NCBI GenBank assembly: GCA_018817805.1
Contig: JAHITC010000033.1
Span: 1-41,430 of the forward strand
Origin: Patescibacteria group bacterium
Lineage (GTDB): Bacteria; Patescibacteriota; Kazan-3B-28; UBA10110
Direction: 5' to 3'
Length of the DNA stretch: 41,430 nt
Part shown: piece after piece, positions 18,061 through 26,350 of the stretch
How positions within the stretch are numbered: the stretch's first letter is position 1
Layout of the letters: each line of letters starts with the position of its first letter
Program-made: the position numbers and the translations under genes
Notes under the pieces: model-generated
What the model was told of the DNA's origin: nothing
The model's input: the letters and a program-made list of their open reading frames with translations, nothing else
Database searches by the model: none

Positions 18061-18131
18061 ATTATATTATAAACAAATAAATCTTATCTGTATAACAAGC
18101 AACTTCTTGCAACCTGTAATATAATAAGACC

Positions 18132-19481
18132 ATGTCTCTTTCGTTACAATTTCTAGGTGCAGTTGGAGGTGTAACCGGCTCTAATTTCTTAGCAAGAACA
18201 GATACCCAAGCTTTTCTAATCGATTGCGGGCTATTTCAAGGCAACTCGCAAAACCGAGCTCATAACGACGAACCATTTGCTTACGACCCCAAGGAAATAG
18301 ATTTTTTAATTCTTACTCATGCTCACCTCGACCACTGTGGTTTAATCCCAAAACTATACCACCAAGGTTTTAGAGGAAAAATTTATTGTACTCCTGCAAC
18401 CGCAGAGCTAGCTAAAGAAATTCTTTCTGACTCGGCCCATATTAGAGAACATGGTGCCAACGAACTGCAGATTGAAGCCCTATTTTCCTACCAAGACACT
18501 CTCGATGCTTTCAAACTATTTAAAACCTACAACTACAACCAGCCGTTTAAGGATGGAGAAATAAAAATATGTTTGCAAGATGCAGGACATATTTTAGGCT
18601 CTGCCATGGTGGAAGTTTGGGCCTCTGGTAAAAAATTGGTGTTCACCGGAGATCTAGGTAACAGCCCGGTTCCAATCCTGCGCGACCCAACAAAAATCTT
18701 AGAGGCAGACTATGTTGTTTCCGAATCAACTTATGGCAGCAGATTACACGAAGCAGTTGATCTTCGCTCCAAGAAACTAGTAACGGCGATTGAATATGCC
18801 CAAAGACATAAGGCAAAAATAATTATTCCTTCGTTTGCACTAGAGCGAACTCAAGATTTGTTATATATTTTAAATCAATTAAAAAATCAAAAAAAGTTTA
18901 CTAATTTGCCTGTATTTTTAGATAGCCCTCTAGCTGGTAGAATTACAGCTATCTACAAAAAATATACTCCACTTTTTGACGAAGAATTTCAAAAACAACT
19001 AAAATCTGATCCAGATTTGTTTAGCTTCAAAGGATTTAAAGAAACTGCCACGAGAACTGAATCCATGGCACTAAATGATTTAGTCGGCCCAGCTATATAC
19101 ATTGCAGGATCAGGCATGGCTGATGCGGGCAGAGTTCAACATCATATTTTGCATCAAGGTAATAACCCAAATAATCAGATTATATTTGTTGGGTTCCAAG
19201 TTCCCGGCACACTAGGCAGGAAACTAGTAGATGGACTTACCAGAGTACGAGTAATGGATCATTTCATCACAGTGAAAGCCAAAATTGGTTCGATTAATGC
19301 CTTCTCGGCTCATGCCGACCAGAAAGGTGTTTTAAATTGGTTAAATAATTTTAAAACTCAACCTACTGTTTTCCTGGTACATGGAGAACAGAAATCTAGA
19401 GAGATTTTAGCCGAAAAAATTACCAAACAGTTAAAACTTAAAGCGATACTACCAAAGCTAAAACAGACTATCGACCTATAA
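18132..19481 (+). CDS. MBL-fold beta-CASP family hydrolase (RNA-metabolising metallo-beta-lactamase type)
   Basis: LIDCG...THAHLDHCG motif and beta-CASP-like middle and C-terminal motifs (..SAHAD..). Confidence 0.85.
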   Translation: MSLSLQFLGAVGGVTGSNFLARTDTQAFLIDCGLFQGNSQNRAHNDEPFAYDPKEIDFLILTHAHLDHCGLIPKLYHQGFRGKIYCTPATAELAKEILSDSAHIREHGANELQIEALFSYQDTLDAFKLFKTYNYNQPFKDGEIKICLQDAGHILGSAMVEVWASGKKLVFTGDLGNSPVPILRDPTKILEADYVVSESTYGSRLHEAVDLRSKKLVTAIEYAQRHKAKIIIPSFALERTQDLLYILNQLKNQKKFTNLPVFLDSPLAGRITAIYKKYTPLFDEEFQKQLKSDPDLFSFKGFKETATRTESMALNDLVGPAIYIAGSGMADAGRVQHHILHQGNNPNNQIIFVGFQVPGTLGRKLVDGLTRVRVMDHFITVKAKIGSINAFSAHADQKGVLNWLNNFKTQPTVFLVHGEQKSREILAEKITKQLKLKAILPKLKQTIDL

Positions 19482-20439
19482 ACTGACTAATTACCTTCTT
19501 AACCGATTTTGAATCATCGCATGCCATTAGATCGGCACGTAACTTTTTAGCACCCACAAAACCAGTAATATATGCGTGATAATGTTTTTTAATAACAGAG
19601 AAGTTACGAGAGGGGAAAGTTTTTTCAAAAACTTTGGTATGCAAAAGTAAGGTTTTAAGTTTTTCAGATAGGGGAATCTGGTCAATAGTTTTTGTATCGT
19701 CGAAAAACCAAGGATTGCCAATAACCGCTCGTCCAATCATAATCCCGTCTAAGTTATACTGTTTCGCTTTTTCCATAGCTTCTGCCGTGGTCTGAACGTC
19801 TCCATTGCCAATTATAAATGGCCGCTCTGCCTCTTTAGTCTGCTTTTTTACAAACTCAACAATTTTGCCAATTTCATCCCAGTGAGTTGGCACTTTTGAC
19901 ATTTCTTTTTGAGTGCGACCGTGAACAGATATAACCGCCGGCTTAGCTTCTAGCAAAACCCCAAGCCAACTCTGCCAATCTATTTTTGTATATCCTAAAC
20001 GAATTTTAATCGACACGGGCAGATCCCCTGCCCCCTCTTTAGTGGCTAGAATTATATCCCGCGCAAGCTCGGGATTACGCAATAAGGCCGCCCCACTTTC
20101 CTGCTTAACAATTCTTTTCTCTGGACAACCCATATTAATATCTATGCCGTCAAATTTTAATTTGCAAACAATTTTAGCAGCTCTAAGAAAATCCTTCGGT
20201 TCATTCCCAAACAACTGCGCAACTAATGGCCTCTCTTGTTTTTTAAAAAGTAGAAACCGTTTAACTAAAAACTCTTCCCCTATAGAACATAGCCCAGAGG
20301 TCGAGACAAATTCCGTCCACATAACGCTAGGGTTACTACACTGTGATACGATTTGCCGAAAAGCACTATCCGTCACATCCATCATTGGTGCTAATGCTAA
20401 AATTGGCCTTTCTAACTTGTCCCAGAATCCTCTTTTCAT
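19468..20439 (-). CDS. dus: tRNA-dihydrouridine synthase
   Basis: LAPMMDVTDSAFR...GIDINMGCP...VHGRT. Confidence 0.9.
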   Translation of the reverse strand: MKRGFWDKLERPILALAPMMDVTDSAFRQIVSQCSNPSVMWTEFVSTSGLCSIGEEFLVKRFLLFKKQERPLVAQLFGNEPKDFLRAAKIVCKLKFDGIDINMGCPEKRIVKQESGAALLRNPELARDIILATKEGAGDLPVSIKIRLGYTKIDWQSWLGVLLEAKPAVISVHGRTQKEMSKVPTHWDEIGKIVEFVKKQTKEAERPFIIGNGDVQTTAEAMEKAKQYNLDGIMIGRAVIGNPWFFDDTKTIDQIPLSEKLKTLLLHTKVFEKTFPSRNFSVIKKHYHAYITGFVGAKKLRADLMACDDSKSVKKVISQFIGR

Positions 20440-20442
20440 AAA

Positions 20443-21525
20443 TTAAGATAACATATCAGCAATTTCATGAGCAGCGTTTCGAACCGACAAATTAGCCACG
20501 TTTTTCTTTAATTCATCGCCTAGATTTGTTTTAGTTACCTGATGAACCATGTTAATCATACCTTCAGGGGTAATACTTATCTGATTCATTAAAACTGCTG
20601 CTACCCGATCAGACAAATATTTAGCATTAAAATACTGATGGTTACTAGCAGAGCCAGGCAGGGGAATGAGAATGGCCGGTTTACCTTTAGCTGCAATTTC
20701 CATTAGAGCAGTTGCTCCAGCCCTAGAAATGACCAAGGCAGCTTTATCCATTACTAACGCCACTTGCTCGTTAGATAGAGAAGCTAATAAATGATAACTA
20801 TCTATCTTATTGGTATCAGCCCAGTTTTTCATCATCGAATAATCCGACTCACCTGTTAGATGTACCACCTCATACTCCAAAACTAATTGAGGCAATACTG
20901 TCTTAACAATTTTATTAATAGCATGCGCTCCCTGCGAACCACCCATAATTAAAATTAGTGGTAGATGATTAGCAAGCGGTAACTCTAATTTACTGTTCGA
21001 TGAATCAAAAAATATTTCACTAATAGGCACACCTGTATAAACTAACTTATCTTTTATTGCAGGAGGTAAGTTGTAACCATCAAGCGGAAACGATACGCAC
21101 ACTTTTTGAGCTAACTTGGCAAGCATACGATTAGCTACCCCCATGACAATATCCGATTCGTGCAAGACAATAGGCCGCCGAAGTATGTAGGCAGCTATGC
21201 CTACTGGCAGACCCACAAACCCACCTTTAATAAACACCTTATTGGGCCAGAAGAATAACACTACAAAAAAAGCTGAAAATAGCCCAAATATGCCAACAAC
21301 TAAATCGATTAAATTTCTTAAGTCAAAATAACGACGCCATTTACCAGCCGGGATACCAATGAACTTAAAACCAGCCGCTTCAACTAACGCGCGATCGTTC
21401 CGTCTTAACGAGCCAACATACAAAATATTATTTTGCGGATTTTTCTTCTTTAGGGCTAATCCGACTAGTAAAGTTGGTAAGACGTGACCAGATGTTCCGC
21501 CCCCAGATAAAAGGATCTTCATCAT
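20443..21525 (-). CDS. murG: undecaprenyldiphospho-muramoylpentapeptide beta-N-acetylglucosaminyltransferase
   Basis: SGGGTSGHVLP at the N-terminus, GGSQGA, and its position after ftsW. Confidence 0.9.
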   Translation of the reverse strand: MMKILLSGGGTSGHVLPTLLVGLALKKKNPQNNILYVGSLRRNDRALVEAAGFKFIGIPAGKWRRYFDLRNLIDLVVGIFGLFSAFFVVLFFWPNKVFIKGGFVGLPVGIAAYILRRPIVLHESDIVMGVANRMLAKLAQKVCVSFPLDGYNLPPAIKDKLVYTGVPISEIFFDSSNSKLELPLANHLPLILIMGGSQGAHAINKIVKTVLPQLVLEYEVVHLTGESDYSMMKNWADTNKIDSYHLLASLSNEQVALVMDKAALVISRAGATALMEIAAKGKPAILIPLPGSASNHQYFNAKYLSDRVAAVLMNQISITPEGMINMVHQVTKTNLGDELKKNVANLSVRNAAHEIADMLS

Positions 21526-22630
21526 GCTTATCGTAAATAGTTTGTCTCGAGATATTCAGCAAAATACCTGACCCTATCATAACAAAAACTAGCGAAGTTC
21601 CACCCTGACTAATAAATGGCAAGGGAACCCCAGTTAATGGCAGTAAACCAGTAATAGCCCCAATGTTAATGGTAGCCTGCCAACCAACCCAAAAAACAAT
21701 TCCCATAGCCATTAACTTGCCGAATACATCTGGCGCATTCTGAGCCACCTTTAATCCACGCCAAATGAAAATTGATAATGGAATAATTACCAAAAATAAT
21801 ATTCCAACTAAACCCAACTCTTCACCAATAATTGCTAAGATCGAATCTGAAGATGCTTCTGGTAAAAAATTGAATTTTTGACGACTGTGCCCAAATCCAA
21901 GACCAAACAATCCCCCACTGCCTAGAGCAATTAACGCTTGGTTAATGTGGTAGCCAGCACCTAAGGGGTCTCTGGCTGGATTCAAAAAAGTTAACCACCT
22001 AGCAGCCCTGTAAGGTGCCGCTTGAATCGCTGCCCATGCGGCCAAGATGCCAGTTCCAAGCAACATCAACAAATGCTTCACCTCTCCGCCAGCATAGAAA
22101 TACATTGCGATAGCAATGCCAGCAATAACCATAGCAGTGCCCATGTCTGGCTCAGCAATAACTAATCCTGCAATTAAGGCAAGCAGTAGAGCAAAAGGTA
22201 GAAACGTATTGTAAAAACTTCTAATTCTATTACCTTTGTTCTCAAACCAAAAAGCTAAATAAATAATTAGAGCCAATTTAGTTACTTCAGTTACCTGCAA
22301 GGTTAAGTCACCTGCCCCAATCCACCTGCGCGAACCTCCAGCTTCGAAACCTACCCCAGGAATAAAGACAACTACTAATAACCCGACCCCAATGAATAAC
22401 GCAATAGTGGCTAGTGGCCTAAAACGATGGTAGTCAAATCTCTGCAAAAAGAACCAAAGTCCTGTGCCAAAAGCCGCAAATATCATTTGGCGCACAAAAT
22501 AATGGCTATTACTGCCAGTTACCTGAAAAGATTCCACTACCGAAGCAGAAGACACCATAAATAAACCCACTACCACTAGAAACAAAGTGGTTAGAATGAG
22601 CCAAGGGTCGGGAGCATGATATTTCCGCAT
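21428..22630 (-). CDS. ftsW: SEDS-family peptidoglycan glycosyltransferase FtsW
   Basis: Ten-TM SEDS pattern with LPEASSDSILAIIGEELG. The 3' end overlaps murG by 98 nt. Confidence 0.9.
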   Translation of the reverse strand: MRKYHAPDPWLILTTLFLVVVGLFMVSSASVVESFQVTGSNSHYFVRQMIFAAFGTGLWFFLQRFDYHRFRPLATIALFIGVGLLVVVFIPGVGFEAGGSRRWIGAGDLTLQVTEVTKLALIIYLAFWFENKGNRIRSFYNTFLPFALLLALIAGLVIAEPDMGTAMVIAGIAIAMYFYAGGEVKHLLMLLGTGILAAWAAIQAAPYRAARWLTFLNPARDPLGAGYHINQALIALGSGGLFGLGFGHSRQKFNFLPEASSDSILAIIGEELGLVGILFLVIIPLSIFIWRGLKVAQNAPDVFGKLMAMGIVFWVGWQATINIGAITGLLPLTGVPLPFISQGGTSLVFVMIGSGILLNISRQTIYDKHDEDPFIWGRNIWSRLTNFTSRISPKEEKSAK

Positions 22631-24022
22631 TTAAAGATTCTTTTGTTGATTGATGAATGTTTTGACAATTGTCTTAAATTGATCACCTCTATCATAGGCG
22701 TCTTTAAACATATCGAAGCTAGCAAAAGATGGTGACAATAACACCGTGCCACCATAACCATCAAGGTAATTATAAGCTTTCTTCACCGCCGATCCTAAAT
22801 TACCAGCAAAGCGATGGGGAACATCTTTGGCATAAGCATCCAGCGCACACGCCAATCGCTCAGCCATTTCGCCGATTAAAACAATACCTTTAATTTTATG
22901 GTTATTTAAACTTTTAGCCAAAGCATTTATATTCTCACCTTTACTAACTCCTCCCATGATTAACACTACTTCACCAGTTATTGCATCGAGCGCCGCTAAA
23001 GTAGCAGGCGGTGTTGTGGCCATCGAATCATTAACAAAATTTACCCCTTTAAAACTACCCACCATTTCCAAGCGATGCTTGAGCGCCCGGAAACTCTTCA
23101 TCTTTTTTCTAATTTGGGCAGGGGAGACTGACGCTAGCAGTGCTGCTGCAATAGCAGCTAACACATTTTGCAGATTATGTTTTCCGGGCAGGGGAACTTG
23201 TGTTTTTGGTATTATTAAATCTCGCTTACCCGTTTGGGCATTGCGCGACACGATATCATCGCCTATTAGATAAACCCCTCTGGCTAAAATCTTCTTAGTC
23301 GAATACTTGTAGTTCTTACCTGGAGCTTTTTTAATAAGCCTGCGCATTGAAGCATAATCATCGCTTGAAATTAAAAAATCGCTTTTAGCTTGATGTAAGA
23401 AGATATTCGATTTGGCATCACTGTATTTCTTAAACGTGCCGTGCCTATCTAAGTGTTCTGGAATAACCTTTAATAGCACTGCAATGTGTGGACTTTTATC
23501 TAAATCCTCCAGCTGAAAACTCGATAGCTCTAAAATTACTATGTCCGATTTGCTTAATTTAGATAACCACGCTAGTGGTGGAACACCAATGTTGCCCCCA
23601 AAATAAACCTTACCATCGGTATTACCCTTTATGAGGTGATGGATGAGAGAAGTGGTCGTGCTTTTTCCTTTTGTTCCAGTCACACCAATAATTTGAGCAG
23701 GGCATAGGTTGAAAAACAAAGCGGTGAGTGTGCTAAAAATTACACCTTGTTTTTTGGCTTGTTTAATTTCTGGTAGCAAAAGAGAAACTCCTGGGCTTCT
23801 AAAGACTAAATCGAATTCATGAAAATGATCGAGATGATCATCGCCTAGATATGTCTGAGATGTCCGCTTGGTAATTTCATTAAAATCTGCCTTAGAAAAA
23901 TCTTTTGACTTTCTGGCATCTAAGCCAGTTGGTTTAATTTTAATCGTATTTAAAAAGCGAATTAGATCGAGCCCCTCCCTACCTAGACCTAGTACGGCAA
24001 TACGATAATTACTATCTATCAT
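22631..24022 (-). CDS. murD: UDP-N-acetylmuramoylalanine--D-glutamate ligase
   Basis: GVTGTKGKSTT and NDSMATTP. The start is set at ATG 24022 (MIDSNYRIAVLGLG...), just after the mraY stop, rather than 24061. Confidence 0.9.
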   Translation of the reverse strand: MIDSNYRIAVLGLGREGLDLIRFLNTIKIKPTGLDARKSKDFSKADFNEITKRTSQTYLGDDHLDHFHEFDLVFRSPGVSLLLPEIKQAKKQGVIFSTLTALFFNLCPAQIIGVTGTKGKSTTTSLIHHLIKGNTDGKVYFGGNIGVPPLAWLSKLSKSDIVILELSSFQLEDLDKSPHIAVLLKVIPEHLDRHGTFKKYSDAKSNIFLHQAKSDFLISSDDYASMRRLIKKAPGKNYKYSTKKILARGVYLIGDDIVSRNAQTGKRDLIIPKTQVPLPGKHNLQNVLAAIAAALLASVSPAQIRKKMKSFRALKHRLEMVGSFKGVNFVNDSMATTPPATLAALDAITGEVVLIMGGVSKGENINALAKSLNNHKIKGIVLIGEMAERLACALDAYAKDVPHRFAGNLGSAVKKAYNYLDGYGGTVLLSPSFASFDMFKDAYDRGDQFKTIVKTFINQQKNL

Positions 24023-24032
24023 ACAAAATAAT

Positions 24033-25082
24033 TTAAACTGGACCAGCGCCCACAATCCCAATAATTACCCCAATAACAGCCATCACCATACCAACCATCC
24101 AAAGCCGCATGGTTACTTTTGTTTCTGGCCATCCAATAGCCTCGAAATGATGGTGCAGAGGGGCAATTAAGAATAGTTTTTTCTTAAATACCTTACGCCA
24201 AAAAAGCTGCAGAATTACTGAAATAGTTTCTACCATAGGCACAAATGCAACCAACGGTAAAATGGCGATCCCAACATTACTCTTCAGCAGCATTGCTACC
24301 ACCCCTAGGGCTGCTCCAAGCGACAGAGCATACGTATCACCACCAAAAAAACGTGCTGGATAAACATTGAACCAAAGATACGAGACCAACACACCAGCAA
24401 CAGTAGCACAGAAAATAGCCAAGCTAACCTGAGAGTTAAGATAAGCTAACAAGCCATAAGATACGAATCCAATCCCAAGGAGCCCACCAGAAAGTCCATC
24501 TAAACCATCCGTAATATTTACCGCATTCGTAATAGCCAAAATTACAAAAATGAAGAGGGGAATGTACCAAAACCCAATCATAACGTCGCCATAAGCTGGA
24601 ATATGTAAGCTATCAAAACCTAATTTAAAATAAAACCACCAAGCTCCTAGTATTGAGATTAAAAACAACCAAATCATCTTATAACGCGAACGAATCCCCT
24701 TAATGCCACCAATACCACGAATATTAAACCAATCGTCAACTGCCCCCAAAATACCCACCGAAATTAAGGCGAATAGTGGCAAATAAGTTTGAGAACGAGT
24801 TAGGTTAAACAAAAAAGTAACGATAGCGATAACTCCCCAGACTAAGATACCTGCCATTGTGGGAATATTTCTCTTATGTTTTTCACCATGCAGCTTTTGA
24901 AAAACTGTGGCATAAGTACCATACAAAGTTTCTTCCTTAGATTGTTTCCAAAATTTGTATTTATACAACACATTAGTCCAAAACGGAGTCAACGCCATAG
25001 CTACCACAAAAGCAATCATTGCGGTTGTCAGCATCCGCAGGATATCTCCGTGCTCGGTTACAATTTTAGTTATATCATTCAT
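24033..25082 (-). CDS. mraY: phospho-N-acetylmuramoyl-pentapeptide-transferase
   Basis: NAVNITDGLDGL and HHHFE motifs. Confidence 0.95.
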   Translation of the reverse strand: MNDITKIVTEHGDILRMLTTAMIAFVVAMALTPFWTNVLYKYKFWKQSKEETLYGTYATVFQKLHGEKHKRNIPTMAGILVWGVIAIVTFLFNLTRSQTYLPLFALISVGILGAVDDWFNIRGIGGIKGIRSRYKMIWLFLISILGAWWFYFKLGFDSLHIPAYGDVMIGFWYIPLFIFVILAITNAVNITDGLDGLSGGLLGIGFVSYGLLAYLNSQVSLAIFCATVAGVLVSYLWFNVYPARFFGGDTYALSLGAALGVVAMLLKSNVGIAILPLVAFVPMVETISVILQLFWRKVFKKKLFLIAPLHHHFEAIGWPETKVTMRLWMVGMVMAVIGVIIGIVGAGPV

Positions 25083-26347
25083 GCAGCAAAATCTTCTTTA
25101 AATACCTCGGCAATCTTGTCTAAATGTACTGCCCTGGAGCCCTTAATTAGCACAATATCATTATCGCGCAAATAAGGTAAAATTGCACTCCTAATCTGAG
25201 TTTTGTCATTTATCTCTCCAAACCCTACAGTTTTACTTGCAGATAATCCAGACCGAATAGCAGCTTGCCTAATTAGCTCTCCCCCACTCCCAACACTAAT
25301 TAAAAAATCCACAGTTTTGGATGCAATAACACCCACATCGAGATGCCCTTTTTCATATGCGCTACCTAACTCCCGCATATCACCTAAGATAGCCACCTTT
25401 CTTCTGGCCATACCTAAACTTGTCAAACTCTCTAAAGCACTAATCATCGAGGTCGGATTAGCGTTATACGTATCATCGATAAGAGTTAGTTTATTAAAAT
25501 CAATTTTTTCAAATCTACCACCAGGAAGCTTAAGCTTAGTTAAGCTTTGGCATGCTTCACTAAATGGCACATCAAAGTAATCTGCTACTGCCAATGCAAA
25601 TAAGGCAGTATAAGCAAACTGTTTACCATACACCGGCATAGTCACAGACAACGATTCAGAATTACGTACCACATCAAAACGAATACCGCTACTGCTAAGC
25701 CCAATATTAGTTGCTTTGTAATCAGCATCCATTTTAACGCTAACCATCACGGCTTTAGCAGTTAAATTACGCACAATTAGATTACTGAACTCATCATCTT
25801 TGCTTAAAACAACTAAACCATTAGCTAACGTACCCGTAATAAGTTTTCTTTTTTCTTCTACTAGGCTTGCTTTAGTGTCAAAGAATTCCAGATGCACATC
25901 TCCAATGTTAGTTAAAACCCCTAATTCTGGATGGATGAAAGTCATAAAATGAGCAATATCACCAGGTTTATCGGCACCAAGCTCTAGAATCAATATCTCT
26001 GGATATTTTTCAGATTGAGCCAGTAGTTTAAGAGCTTGCCCAGTTAGTTTAAAAACATCGCGCAAGCTTAAACGCATTTTATCCCCCACCGGAGTACCTA
26101 CAAAATTAGGGTCAATAATACTAGCGGGAATACCAAATTCGGTATTTAAATTACCAGTTGTTTTAACAATGAATTTATCTTGTAGATTACTAGCTTGTGA
26201 CAATACTAAGAAAATTGCCTCTTTTGTAGTAGTTTTGCCCGTGCTACCCGTGATGGCGATTATTCTTGGCTCATATTTACGCAAAATTTTAGAAGCCAGC
26301 CACTTGAGATAGTTCTTTAACCAATTTTTGAATACTTTTTTCATCAA
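25079..26347 (-). CDS. murF: UDP-N-acetylmuramoyl-tripeptide--D-alanyl-D-alanine ligase
   Basis: ITGSTGKTTTKE and DDTYNANP. Confidence 0.9.
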   Translation of the reverse strand: MMKKVFKNWLKNYLKWLASKILRKYEPRIIAITGSTGKTTTKEAIFLVLSQASNLQDKFIVKTTGNLNTEFGIPASIIDPNFVGTPVGDKMRLSLRDVFKLTGQALKLLAQSEKYPEILILELGADKPGDIAHFMTFIHPELGVLTNIGDVHLEFFDTKASLVEEKRKLITGTLANGLVVLSKDDEFSNLIVRNLTAKAVMVSVKMDADYKATNIGLSSSGIRFDVVRNSESLSVTMPVYGKQFAYTALFALAVADYFDVPFSEACQSLTKLKLPGGRFEKIDFNKLTLIDDTYNANPTSMISALESLTSLGMARRKVAILGDMRELGSAYEKGHLDVGVIASKTVDFLISVGSGGELIRQAAIRSGLSASKTVGFGEINDKTQIRSAILPYLRDNDIVLIKGSRAVHLDKIAEVFKEDFAA

Positions 26348-26350
26348 TAA

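Noticed and set aside
17921-18124. 67-aa plus-strand ORF in the ORF-free locus.
   Set aside because: It has a GTG start inside a hairpin arm, no RBS, and low-complexity Cys/Arg/Ile content. It also runs into the promoter of the next gene.
17616-18131. Identity as RNase P RNA, tmRNA, SRP RNA, a T-box leader or a 16S rRNA 3' remnant.
   Set aside because: - RNase P RNA: AGAAGTCC and AAGGTGAAA occur in the wrong order, and ACAGAA is on the opposite strand. There is no GAGGAAAGTCC/ACAGAA..GGCTTA pair.
- tmRNA: there is no GGTTCGA T-loop with a CCA end and no tag ORF.
- SRP RNA: there is no GGAA-capped SRP helix 8.
- T-box leader: AATTAGCGGGGTAGTGC only loosely resembles the T-box consensus, and the downstream genes are not aminoacyl-related.
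- 16S remnant: the sequence flanking GATCACCTCCTT does not resemble helix 45.
24023-24061. The murD N-terminal extension (track start at 24061) overlapping mraY by 29 nt.
   Set aside because: The extension MGLWALVQFKLFC has no counterpart in MurD. ATG 24022 gives the canonical N-terminus just before the GxGxxG-like LGLGREG.
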